NCBI RefSeq assembly: GCF_000025505.1
Contig: NC_013849.1
Coordinates: 1,620,001-1,652,000 of the forward strand
Source: Ferroglobus placidus DSM 10642
Lineage (GTDB): Archaea; Halobacteriota; Archaeoglobi; Archaeoglobales; Archaeoglobaceae
DNA length: 32,000 nt
Reading direction: 5' to 3'
Made by a program: the position numbers and the translations under genes. Positions 1 to 7,586 of this stretch are shown piece after piece; within the stretch, counting starts at the first letter, position 1; the number at the start of each line of letters is the position of its first letter. The notes under the pieces are model-generated. The model worked only from the letters and a program-made list of their open reading frames with translations. It was not told where the DNA came from and did no database searches.

Positions 1-823
1 CCCAGCAAGTGTTGGGACATGAAGAGCAAAATCCCTTCTTCCAGCATTCGTTCCAGCAAACCACTTTATGCTTGTAAGCGTTCGAGCAGCAAGCCGATCT
101 GTAAACGATCAATCCGAGATCCTTTGCGTAGTCTTCGAGCTTCTTTTTGACTTCGAAGTACTTCTTCGGCAACTCCTTTATCCCGAGCTTTCTCTTAACC
201 TCTTTGCTCAATCTTAAATTTCCGAGAATAACCCTGTCTGTGTAGTTCGAAATTATTTCGAGGGATTTGAAGTAATCTTTCAGGCTAACGTTCGGTAGAA
301 TCGGACGGAGAAAGACCGCTCCTCCTATTTCCTCGCAGAATTCAAGTCTCTCGGAAGGTGGCTTTCTTTTCGGTTCGAATTTTTTGCAGATATCGTCTAT
401 AGCTGAGCACATGGAAACGAGAGCGTCAACTCTCTTTAAGAGCTTTGCAAGGTCGTAGTTGACTTCTTTAGTTGATATTTGCACGGGATTTCCGAGCTTG
501 ATTATCTCTCTTAAAAACTCCTTCGTATATTCCGGAAAGTCGAGGGGCTCGCATATAGCTCCTACAGCAACGAAGCTTTTCCCAACTTCGAATTTAGGAT
601 TTAAGAGGAGGGCGTAGAGTAAAGCTTTGGGAGACAGATCAACAAGTTTTGCCTTAGTGCTTACGTAACAGTAAAGGCAGTTGGCGTTACAACCTTTTGC
701 TATGTGAACTGTGAATCCGCAAGCTCTCGGCTTTCTTCTTGCGTGATCGTTCCTCTTAGCTTTCTCGATCTCCTCCTCGCTCAGATCCTCTTCAAGCTTT
801 TTCAGAATCTTTTCCTTATCCAT
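1..823 (-). CDS. radical SAM domain protein; the N-terminal 274 codons are in the window and the 3' end runs off the left edge
   Basis: Own minus-strand translation from ATG 823-821: MDKEKILKKLEEDLSEEEIEKAKRNDHARRKPRACGFTVHIAKGCNANCLYCYV... It has a CxxxCxxC cluster motif (CNANCLYC). I checked the frame codon by codon and it stays open to position 1. The tail is Cys-rich (ACCSNAYKHKVVCWNECWKKGFCSSCPNTCW). It is absent from the ORF track, presumably because the window edge truncates it. Confidence 0.8.
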   Translation of the reverse strand, partial: MDKEKILKKLEEDLSEEEIEKAKRNDHARRKPRACGFTVHIAKGCNANCLYCYVSTKAKLVDLSPKALLYALLLNPKFEVGKSFVAVGAICEPLDFPEYTKEFLREIIKLGNPVQISTKEVNYDLAKLLKRVDALVSMCSAIDDICKKFEPKRKPPSERLEFCEEIGGAVFLRPILPNVSLKDYFKSLEIISNYTDRVILGNLRLSKEVKRKLGIKELPKKYFEVKKKLEDYAKDLGLIVYRSACCSNAYKHKVVCWNECWKKGFCSSCPNTCW

Positions 824-862
824 TTAACAAAATTAAAATCCTCCGAGTTAAAAAATTGATCA

Positions 863-1558
863 ATGAAGGTTGCTATTGTGGGAGGGGGTAATCTCGGTAG
901 AGCATTGGCAAAAGCCTGCAGGGGAGTTGACGTCGTTATAGTGAAGAGGAGATACGAGAAAATAGAGAATTTCGAGGTAAAAACGAGCTTGGACGTTGAA
1001 GCTGACGTATACTTCATCGCTTTGAAGCCCAAGGATTTCAGAAGCAACATGAAAAAGATCGGAGAAGTTGCTGGAGATAAGCCGGTCGTCAGCTTCGCCG
1101 CTGGAGTGAAGCTTGAGGAGATGAGGAAATTCATAAAAAATCCCTACAGAGCCATGACGAACATAGCCGTCGAAGACGGAAGTTTGATAGCTGTATATCC
1201 TGAAGAGACGAAAAAATTCGTGAGTTTTCTCAACTCCGAAGTTCTCGTTTGCGAGAGTGAAGATGAGCTCGAATTAATGACATCTTTAATCGGAAGCTCT
1301 CCCGCTTTTATCTGCTACTACCTCCACTTCTTCACCCTCGCCGCAATTAAAGAGGGTGTAAGGTTCGACAAAGCCAAGTACGTAGCTTCCAAGAGCTTCG
1401 AAGCGGCTGCAAAAATATATATGAAGTACGGGTTAGAGGAGGCTGTGAGGAGAATAGCCACACCAGCCGGAACTACTATCGAAGGAATACTCGAAGTGGT
1501 TGACAATCCCCTTTCGGAGGCGATTGTTAAAGCGGCAGAAAAGGCGAGGAGGTTGTGA
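863..1558 (+). CDS. proC: pyrroline-5-carboxylate reductase-like NAD(P) oxidoreductase
   Basis: 231 aa. Rossmann N-terminus MKVAIVGGGNLGRALA and a C-terminal ProC-type motif ATPAGTTIEGILEV. Shorter than typical ProC. Confidence 0.75.
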   Translation: MKVAIVGGGNLGRALAKACRGVDVVIVKRRYEKIENFEVKTSLDVEADVYFIALKPKDFRSNMKKIGEVAGDKPVVSFAAGVKLEEMRKFIKNPYRAMTNIAVEDGSLIAVYPEETKKFVSFLNSEVLVCESEDELELMTSLIGSSPAFICYYLHFFTLAAIKEGVRFDKAKYVASKSFEAAAKIYMKYGLEEAVRRIATPAGTTIEGILEVVDNPLSEAIVKAAEKARRL

Positions 1559-1559
1559 G

Positions 1560-2102
1560 ATGAGGGATAGGGCTTTGGAAGTTCTTAAAAAGTACGTCAA
1601 GAATGAGAAGATGCTCAGACACTGCATAGCTACCGGAGCAATAATGAGGGGAGTCGCTAAAGAGCTCGGGGAAGACGAAGACCTCTGGGAAGCTCTGGGA
1701 ATACTCCACGACATAGACTACGAGATCGTGGAGGGAGACATGGATAAACACGGAGAGCTCGGAGCTGAAATTCTCGAGAAAGAAGGTTTCGGATTCCTTT
1801 CCGATTTCGTAAGGAGGCACAACCACATGAAATACGGCGACTACGAAAAACCGATAGAAATAGCTTTACAAGCGGCGGACAGCTCTTCAGGATTGATAAT
1901 AGCTTGCGCTCTCGTTAAGAATGGGAAGATAACTGAAGTTACTCCAAAAACCGTGAAGAAGAAATTTAAAGAAAAGAGCTTCGCTCCAGGGAGTGACAGA
2001 AACAGAATAAAGATGATAGAGAAGCTCATGCCCCTAGAAAGATTCTACGAGGTTGCCATAGAGAGTCTTAGGGAAGTTAAGGAAGAGCTGGGTCTTGAGT
2101 GA
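1560..2102 (+). CDS. HD-domain metal-dependent phosphohydrolase
   Basis: Same frame as track ORF 1500-2102. I moved the start to ATG 1560, directly after the proC stop at 1558 (MRDRALEVLKKY...). HD signature LGILHDIDYE and a later RRHNH. Confidence 0.8.
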   Translation: MRDRALEVLKKYVKNEKMLRHCIATGAIMRGVAKELGEDEDLWEALGILHDIDYEIVEGDMDKHGELGAEILEKEGFGFLSDFVRRHNHMKYGDYEKPIEIALQAADSSSGLIIACALVKNGKITEVTPKTVKKKFKEKSFAPGSDRNRIKMIEKLMPLERFYEVAIESLREVKEELGLE

Positions 2103-2926
2103 TAGTCGGAGTAGCTTTAGCAGTAATTTCCGCTTTCTGCTGGGGTGCTGGAGGAAGCGTTTTCAAGAGAGGGTTGAGGGGAATAAGCGAGATAGAAGGG
2201 AATCTTCTTAGGAGCGTTTTCGTCTCACTGTACCTCTTTCCCTTCGTCGTTATTTCCGGATTCAAGTTGTACGACCTCAACACAATAATTCTTTTAATTT
2301 TATCCTCTTTGCTTGCTTTTTTTGTTGGAGACCTTTTGTATTTTTCTTCGCTAAAAAGAAGTACCGTAAGCGTTAGCTTGCCTTTAGCCTCGACTTACCC
2401 TATTCACGTTTTAATTCTCTCATCGATAATTTACAAAACTCAAATAACTCTGGAACTCGTATTAGCGAGTTTTCTCGTTTTGCTTGCGGTAATCGTAGTT
2501 CCGAAGGAGAGTGGAGGGAGAATAAGCGGAGCTTACTTAGCTCTGTTAGCAGCTCTATCTTGGGCGTTGAGCATGATAATACTCGATTACCTCACGAAGG
2601 TTATGAGCACGGTAGAAATAGCCTTTTACAGAATGCTCTTGAACGCAGCACTCCTTTTCTCTCTAACGAGGAGAGTTAAGTTCAGCAAAGATGCGGCAAT
2701 TTTCATGGGAGTTATCGGAGGTTTAATCTCGGCAATCGGAATACTGAGCTTCGTTAAAGCAGTTGAACTGATAGGCTCCCACAGAGTTTCTCCGATTTCA
2801 GCCACTTCTCCGGTTATAGGTGCCGTCATCAGCAGAATTTATTTGAAGGAAAAGCTGACTCTTAGAAGCTTGTTTGCTGCTTTTCTGATCTTTCTCTCCG
2901 TTTTACTCGTTTCAAAGTCTTTTTGA
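2099..2926 (+). CDS. EamA/DMT-family membrane transporter
   Basis: 275 aa, hydrophobic throughout with about 9-10 helices in two similar halves. GTG start overlaps the upstream TGA (GTGA). Confidence 0.75.
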   Translation: MIVGVALAVISAFCWGAGGSVFKRGLRGISEIEGNLLRSVFVSLYLFPFVVISGFKLYDLNTIILLILSSLLAFFVGDLLYFSSLKRSTVSVSLPLASTYPIHVLILSSIIYKTQITLELVLASFLVLLAVIVVPKESGGRISGAYLALLAALSWALSMIILDYLTKVMSTVEIAFYRMLLNAALLFSLTRRVKFSKDAAIFMGVIGGLISAIGILSFVKAVELIGSHRVSPISATSPVIGAVISRIYLKEKLTLRSLFAAFLIFLSVLLVSKSF

Positions 2927-2966
2927 GCGCAAACGTTATCTACACTAAAGTTATTCTTTATTTCGA

Positions 2967-3048
2967 GCCGGGGTTGCAGAGAGGCACTGCGGGGGACTCG
3001 AGATCCCCTGCCCGCAAGGGCGCCTGGGTTCAAGTCCCAGCCCCGGCG
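2967..3048 (+). tRNA. tRNA-Ser (anticodon CGA), class II with long variable arm
   Basis: Hand-folded. Acceptor GCCGGGG/CCCCGGC, D arm GCAG-AGAGGCA-CTGC, anticodon stem GGGGA/TCCCC with loop CTCGAGA (anticodon CGA), 15-nt variable arm TGCCCGCAAGGGCGC, T arm CTGGG-TTCAAGT-CCCAG, discriminator G. No encoded CCA. Confidence 0.9.
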
Positions 3049-3069
3049 TAAAAATATCAACTTTACAGT

Positions 3070-4149
3070 ATGCTCGGAGAAGTATGGTCGAGGGTTGCCG
3101 AAATATCTTTGAAATTGCCGGTTTTACTGCACGTACTGAACTTACCTCCCGAAGTAGCGGGAAAGGAATTAAAGTTTATCTTCGAATCCTTGGGAGCTAC
3201 TTTCATAAAACTCGGTCAGCTTTTATCCTACCATCCTTTTCCTGAAGAGATCAGAAGAGAACTGCAAAAATTGATGTTTGAGGTTGAACCTTTCGATGAG
3301 AGCTTGGCGGAGAAAATCGTGAAAGAAGAAATAGGCGAGGATTTGAAGCTGAAAAGAATTTCAACTGCCAGCATCTCTCAAATACATTTGGACGAATTCG
3401 GAAGGATAGTGAAGGTTATGAAGCCCGAATTGGAAAAGGAAATTTACATCGACTTGGAAATTCTCAAGACTTTGGAGGGATTCGTTTTTAACGATCTACT
3501 CAGGGAAACGATAAGAATGCTCATCGAATCTCTTCCTCAGGAGATCGACTTCGAAAAGGAGGCTGAAAATATCGAAGAGATGAGTTTTCTTAGTTTAAAA
3601 GTTCCGGAAGTTTACGAGTTTTCGAAGAGGGTCATAGTGATGGAAAGGTTGGAAGGGGTTAGCCTCGTTAACTGCGATCTCGATGCAAGCAGAAGAAAAG
3701 ATGTTTTTCTCAAGCTTCTCAAAGCTGTTGACGAAAGCGTGAGAGCCGGAAAAATTCACGGCGATCCGAGCCCGGCTAACGTAATTGTTGGCGAAGAGGT
3801 TGGGCTTGTAGATTTTGGGCTTGTGTGGAAAGCCAAAGCGGGAGAGAAAAGGGTTATCAACGAGCTATACGACTCTCTCCTCCTCGGAGACTTTTCGGCG
3901 GTAGAAGAGATTATAAACGCGGAGATGCTTGAGAAAGGGGAGGTGAAGGTGAGTTACGATTTTAACACGATTTCTGAGGCTTTGTTTTCGGACAACAACT
4001 TAATTGAAAAAGCTATTTACGGCTCGAAAGGTGTTAAAGTTAAGAGAAGTTATCTCGTGTTTGTTAGAGCTGTATTTCAGTGGTTGAAGCTTTGCAGAGA
4101 AGTTCTCGGCAAAGTTCCAGATGAAAATTTATTGATCAGTATAATTTAA
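3070..4149 (+). CDS. ABC1/UbiB-family atypical protein kinase
   Basis: 359 aa. ABC1 motifs LGATFIKLGQLLS, ASISQIH, VKVMKPE, IDFEKEAENIE, VMERLEG, HGDPSPANVIV, LVDFG. Confidence 0.85.
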   Translation: MLGEVWSRVAEISLKLPVLLHVLNLPPEVAGKELKFIFESLGATFIKLGQLLSYHPFPEEIRRELQKLMFEVEPFDESLAEKIVKEEIGEDLKLKRISTASISQIHLDEFGRIVKVMKPELEKEIYIDLEILKTLEGFVFNDLLRETIRMLIESLPQEIDFEKEAENIEEMSFLSLKVPEVYEFSKRVIVMERLEGVSLVNCDLDASRRKDVFLKLLKAVDESVRAGKIHGDPSPANVIVGEEVGLVDFGLVWKAKAGEKRVINELYDSLLLGDFSAVEEIINAEMLEKGEVKVSYDFNTISEALFSDNNLIEKAIYGSKGVKVKRSYLVFVRAVFQWLKLCREVLGKVPDENLLISII

Positions 4150-4252
4150 ATAAAATTGTAAATTTTCATCCTCGTAAATTTGTCGAAAAGTAAAGTCCTT
4201 GGCACAAAAATTTTTAATAATAAATGATAAGCAATAGTGAGGTGAATTTCCG

Positions 4253-4528
4253 ATGAGAGAGGTTACTCTCTTTTTAACTCTTGGAATCATCGCCGCTTTC
4301 GTAAACATTGTTCTATCGTACGTTAAAAAGTGGGAACTCCTATGGACGTTGACGGTTGCTGCCGGAATTATGACGGCTGTAGTTTTTCTCGTCGGAATGT
4401 TCCTCTCTTCAGCAAGCTTTTTTACATCGCTTCTGGCTTTTTTAGGACTTCTGTCGATTCTCGGAATGGCTGTTGTGGCTTTGACAATCTCAACAGTCCA
4501 AGCGGTTATTAACCTGAGAAAAGGCTAA
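4253..4528 (+). CDS. small membrane protein (3 predicted TM helices), unknown function
   Basis: 91 aa, hydrophobic. GAGGTGA Shine-Dalgarno about 8 nt upstream of the ATG, with an AT-rich TATA-like stretch upstream. The 3' end overlaps the convergent gene by 39 nt. Confidence 0.6.
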   Translation: MREVTLFLTLGIIAAFVNIVLSYVKKWELLWTLTVAAGIMTAVVFLVGMFLSSASFFTSLLAFLGLLSILGMAVVALTISTVQAVINLRKG

Positions 4529-5149
4529 ATTCGTTATTCTTTTCTTTAAAATTTCGATAGAATCGTCGATATAACTAAAACGCTCGTTTCTCTCGTAGGA
4601 AATTCTCAAAACCTCTCCGAAGATTCTCAGAACCACATTTTCGTCTTTCACGATTGCAACGATTTCAGCAAACCTCGGATGCCTTCCGAGCCTTCCTCCG
4701 GCAAGAACTTTGAAGTATGTCTCGCCTTTAATTGCTCCGGTTTTGCAAGCCCTCATGCAGTCTCCGCATCCAATGCATTTCTCGTGGAAAGATGGATAGC
4801 CGTTGAAGTCTATCGCATTTTCTCTGCATGCTCTAAAACAGGCTTTGCAAGAGTTACACTTCTCCAAATCCACCTGAGGTTTTATAAAAGCTATAACCCC
4901 GAAATCCTTTATTTGAGGAGAGCTGCAAGCGTTGGGGCAGGCTGAAATCCCTATTTTAATTTTTTCGTGGCTCTTTTTCGCTTTCCAGATTTTGCCTTTA
5001 AGAATTTCCGCAATTCCCTCTTTTAAATGTTCGAGGGAACTCAAAGCGTTCCTGCATGCTCTGCAAAACTCAACTTCGAAACCTTCCACAGTAAAAAGTT
5101 GAGTTCGGTAAAGATATAAGTGAACCCTAAAATCTTCACTCATCTTCAA
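4490..5149 (-). CDS. small sulfite/nitrite-reductase-like Fe-S protein with inserted 2x[4Fe-4S] ferredoxin domain (Dsr-like protein)
   Basis: 219 aa. SACPNACSSPQIKDFGVI (CxxxC of the sulfite-reductase cluster region), then CNSCKACFRAC and CIGCGDCMRAC (two CxxCxxCxxxC motifs), then VLAGGRLGRHPRFAE (reductase-type GGxxGR). Confidence 0.7.
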   Translation of the reverse strand: MKMSEDFRVHLYLYRTQLFTVEGFEVEFCRACRNALSSLEHLKEGIAEILKGKIWKAKKSHEKIKIGISACPNACSSPQIKDFGVIAFIKPQVDLEKCNSCKACFRACRENAIDFNGYPSFHEKCIGCGDCMRACKTGAIKGETYFKVLAGGRLGRHPRFAEIVAIVKDENVVLRIFGEVLRISYERNERFSYIDDSIEILKKRITNLAFSQVNNRLDC

Positions 5150-5405
5150 GAATTTTCAAAATTGTTTTTAATTCCTTGACGAGAGCTTTTCCCTTCTTCG
5201 TTAAGCTGTAAACTTTGTAAGTTTTTAATCCTCTCGTTCTCTCCTCAGCTCTTACGAGCCTTAAATCTATCAACTCCTTTAAGGATTCGCTAACCTGTTT
5301 TTTGTTTAAAGACTTTTCAAGTTCGCTCCATCTTTTCTCTCCGCTTTCCAGCAAAAACAGTATCTTGATGTTCGAAGGCTTCATCAGCTTCTTAAGTTTC
5401 TCCAT
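5136..5405 (-). CDS. winged-helix (ArsR/PadR-like) transcriptional regulator
   Basis: Track ORF 5136-5462. I prefer the start at ATG 5405 (MEKLKKLMKPSNIKILFLLESGEKRWSELEKSL...YSLTKKGKALV). The 19-aa extension would cover the operator palindromes and a TATA-like element. Overlaps the downstream Fe-S gene by 14 nt. Confidence 0.75.
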   Translation of the reverse strand: MEKLKKLMKPSNIKILFLLESGEKRWSELEKSLNKKQVSESLKELIDLRLVRAEERTRGLKTYKVYSLTKKGKALVKELKTILKILEDE

Positions 5406-5406
5406 T

Positions 5407-5479
5407 GTAAACTTGTTTACTGTCTGTAAAAACTTAAACGGATGTTGAATAATGATAAACATGTTTACAAAAAGTAAAC
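5407..5479. promoter_or_regulatory. cluster of GTAAAC/GTTTAC inverted-repeat half-sites (putative operator of the wHTH regulator) in a divergent promoter
   Basis: GTAAAC-TT-GTTTAC at 5407-5420, perfect palindrome TAAACATGTTTA at 5456-5467, GTTTAC-AAAAA-GTAAAC at 5463-5479, and degenerate GTAAAA (5426) and TTAAAC (5434). TATA-like AATATATA at 5481-5488 for the plus-strand small ORF. Confidence 0.55.
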
Positions 5480-5509
5480 AATATATACAGGCTGGGTAAA
5501 TCCTTATCT

Positions 5510-5644
5510 ATGACGCTTAATAAGATCCCCGAACACGAGAGCGTCTGCATAAATGCCAATTGCAGATACTGGAGAGGTAGCGTTTGCGAATACAAGGGAT
5601 ACTGCATCTGGAGAAGGAATGTCCGAACTTCTGAAGAGGATTGA
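5510..5644 (+). CDS. candidate 44-aa Cys-rich micro-protein (below ORF-track cut-off)
   Basis: Own translation: MTLNKIPEHESVCINANCRYWRGSVCEYKGYCIWRRNVRTSEED, stop TGA 5642-5644. Four Cys arranged as CX4C...CX5C. The ATG lies about 25 nt downstream of the TATA-like AATATATA, consistent with a leaderless mRNA. Confidence 0.35.
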   Translation: MTLNKIPEHESVCINANCRYWRGSVCEYKGYCIWRRNVRTSEED

Positions 5645-5701
5645 TAGGAATCAGAAACTCTGCGGAGAAAAGTTTAATTTACTAAAATAAAACTCGACTT
5701 G

Positions 5702-6982
5702 ATGCCGAAAGCGGTAGTAATTGCTTCGACTCACAGCGGAGCGGGAAAAACCACCGCTTCCCTTCTCCTTGTCTCAGCTCTCAAGAAAAGGGGTTATAGA
5801 GTTCAACCTTTTAAAGTTGGTCCTGACTACATAGATCCAACTCACTACGAATTTGAGAGGAAAGCCGTAAATCTTGATGCTTTTATGATGGGAGAAGAGG
5901 GAGTTTTAAAATCCTTCAAACACTGGATGTCCTATGCGGATTTCGGTGTTGTGGAGGGTGTTATGGGACTTTACGACGGCTACGGGATGAGCAGCTTTTC
6001 TTCAACCGCTCACGTCTCACGAATTTTGAATTTACCGGTCATTCTGGTTCTAAAGCCCGAGGGGATGTCCTACTCAACTCTCGCTCTCTTTAGAGGTTTC
6101 AAGAATTTTGAGAGCGTGAATATCGTTGGAGTAATCTTTAACTCCGTCTCTCCAATCTTTTATCAAAAACTGAAGAAGGTTTTTGAGGAAGAAACTGAAG
6201 TTTTGGGTTTTATTCCGAAGGTGAAGGACTTGGAAATGGAGAGCAGACACCTCGGATTGAAACTTGGAATTGAGAGCAATTTTGACTGGAAAAAAGCTTC
6301 TGAAATTGCTGAAAGTTACTTGAATGTAGACAGGATAATAGAGTTGGCTGAAGATGTGGAGGCTGAAGAGGAGAAGTTGGAGGAAAACGAAAAATTCACG
6401 ATTGGCGTACCTTTCGATCGAGCTTTCGCTTTTTACTACGAAGACAACCTCAGAATTTTGAAAAAAGATGCTAAGTTAATTTTCTTCTCTCCTCTCAACA
6501 ACGAGCTTCCGTATTGCGACGCTTACTACTTCGGAGGAGGATATCCCGAGCTTTACCCGGAAATAGAATCTTTTGCTAAAAAGTTTAGAAAGAAGTACGA
6601 AGACCAGCCGGTTTTCGGGGAATGCGGTGGAATGATGTTCCTTTCGAGGAAAATTGAGACGGAGAAAGGTGTGATCAAGTGCTCGTCTTTTCTGGACATA
6701 GACATAGTTTTTACGAAAAAACTTCAAGCTCTTGGCTACGTCAAAGGAGAGATTATTAGAGAAAATCCATTTTTCGCTAAAAGCTTTAAAGGGCACGAAT
6801 TTCATTACAGCTACGCAATTCCTGACGATGACGTCAGATACGCTTTCAGAATTGACGGAAAAGGCATAGCTAATGGCTTCGATGGAGCAATAAATGGCAA
6901 CGTTTTGGGGAGTTACGCTCATCTGCACTTCTATTCAACGAAGGTAAAGCTGGCTGAATTTTTCGAGAAGAGAGTTAATTAA
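5702..6982 (+). CDS. cbiA: cobyrinate (or related tetrapyrrole) a,c-diamide synthase
   Basis: About 426 aa. N-terminal P-loop-like STHSGAGKTT, KVGPDYIDP, and a C-terminal glutamine amidotransferase part with GECGG and HEFHYS. Track start is TTG 5699; ATG at 5702 preferred. TATA-like TTTAATTTA about 25 nt upstream. Confidence 0.9.
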   Translation: MPKAVVIASTHSGAGKTTASLLLVSALKKRGYRVQPFKVGPDYIDPTHYEFERKAVNLDAFMMGEEGVLKSFKHWMSYADFGVVEGVMGLYDGYGMSSFSSTAHVSRILNLPVILVLKPEGMSYSTLALFRGFKNFESVNIVGVIFNSVSPIFYQKLKKVFEEETEVLGFIPKVKDLEMESRHLGLKLGIESNFDWKKASEIAESYLNVDRIIELAEDVEAEEEKLEENEKFTIGVPFDRAFAFYYEDNLRILKKDAKLIFFSPLNNELPYCDAYYFGGGYPELYPEIESFAKKFRKKYEDQPVFGECGGMMFLSRKIETEKGVIKCSSFLDIDIVFTKKLQALGYVKGEIIRENPFFAKSFKGHEFHYSYAIPDDDVRYAFRIDGKGIANGFDGAINGNVLGSYAHLHFYSTKVKLAEFFEKRVN

Positions 6983-7052
6983 AATTATTTTAAAAGAAGA
7001 TACAAATTTTTACAGCCACTTTTCAGAAAATTCCGCTGAAGTCCGGATTTAG

Positions 7053-7085
7053 CCAGAAAAATTCAGAGATTTCCAGAAAAATTCA
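7053..7085. repeat. direct repeat CCAGAAAAATTCA x2 at 20-bp spacing, plus a degenerate third copy at 7021-7034
   Basis: CCAGAAAAATTCA at 7053-7065 and 7073-7085, and TTTCAGAAAATTCC at 7021-7034. Lies in the 255-nt non-coding cbiA-speH spacer. Confidence 0.6.
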
Positions 7086-7115
7086 AAAACGGAAGATAAT
7101 TTTCTTTCCGTTTTT
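7085..7115 (+). terminator. hairpin followed by a T-run (possible terminator or sRNA 3' end)
   Basis: AAAAACGGAAGA ... TCTTTCCGTTTTT: 12/13-nt arms with one bulge, ending in T5. It sits about 100 nt past the cbiA stop, so the assignment is uncertain. Confidence 0.3.
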
Positions 7116-7246
7116 AAAAAGGAGTGTCCGCTTTGAAGATTTCTGCGAAAGATTTAAAAATCAATACCTTTTACCAAATTTTCAGTCGTCAGAAAGCTTT
7201 ACTCATCTAATAATATTACGGGTGGTGGATATGGAGGGTGATTGCG

Positions 7247-7585
7247 ATGATCGTAGGAAAGCATATAATAGCGGAACTGTATGGAGTTCCAAAGGAGCTG
7301 ATTTCATATGAGAGCACGGTAAGGGAGATAGTAGAGAGCGTGGTAGAGGAGGCTAAATTGACGAAAGTAAGCTCCCATTATAAGCAGTTCGAACCTTACG
7401 GCGTGACGGGAGTTGTTTTGATTTCCGAAAGCCACATTTCGATACACACCTGGCCAGAATACGAACTCGTGAACTTGGACATCTTCACCTGCGGCGACAC
7501 GAGAAAGACGGACAAAGCTTTTGAGCTGTTTTTGCAGAAGTTTAAGCCCAAATCTTACAGACACTTCGTTTTGGACAGGGGATAA
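7247..7585 (+). CDS. speH: S-adenosylmethionine decarboxylase proenzyme (class 1b, pyruvoyl)
   Basis: Motif VLISESHISIHTWPEY (self-cleavage ES site). N-terminus MIVGKHIIAELYG. The track ORF begins at GTG 7238; ATG 7247 is an equally good start. Confidence 0.9.
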   Translation: MIVGKHIIAELYGVPKELISYESTVREIVESVVEEAKLTKVSSHYKQFEPYGVTGVVLISESHISIHTWPEYELVNLDIFTCGDTRKTDKAFELFLQKFKPKSYRHFVLDRG

Positions 7586-7586
7586 A

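Noticed and set aside
2839-3060. 73-aa minus-strand ORF from the track
   Set aside because: It lies directly antisense over the well-folded tRNA-Ser gene (2967-3048) and has no promoter or SD context, so it is a spurious ORF.
7121-7135. GTGTCCG heptamer identical to the core of the IS inverted repeat, a possible solo IR or MITE
   Set aside because: The identity stops after 7 nt on both sides and no partner repeat is present.
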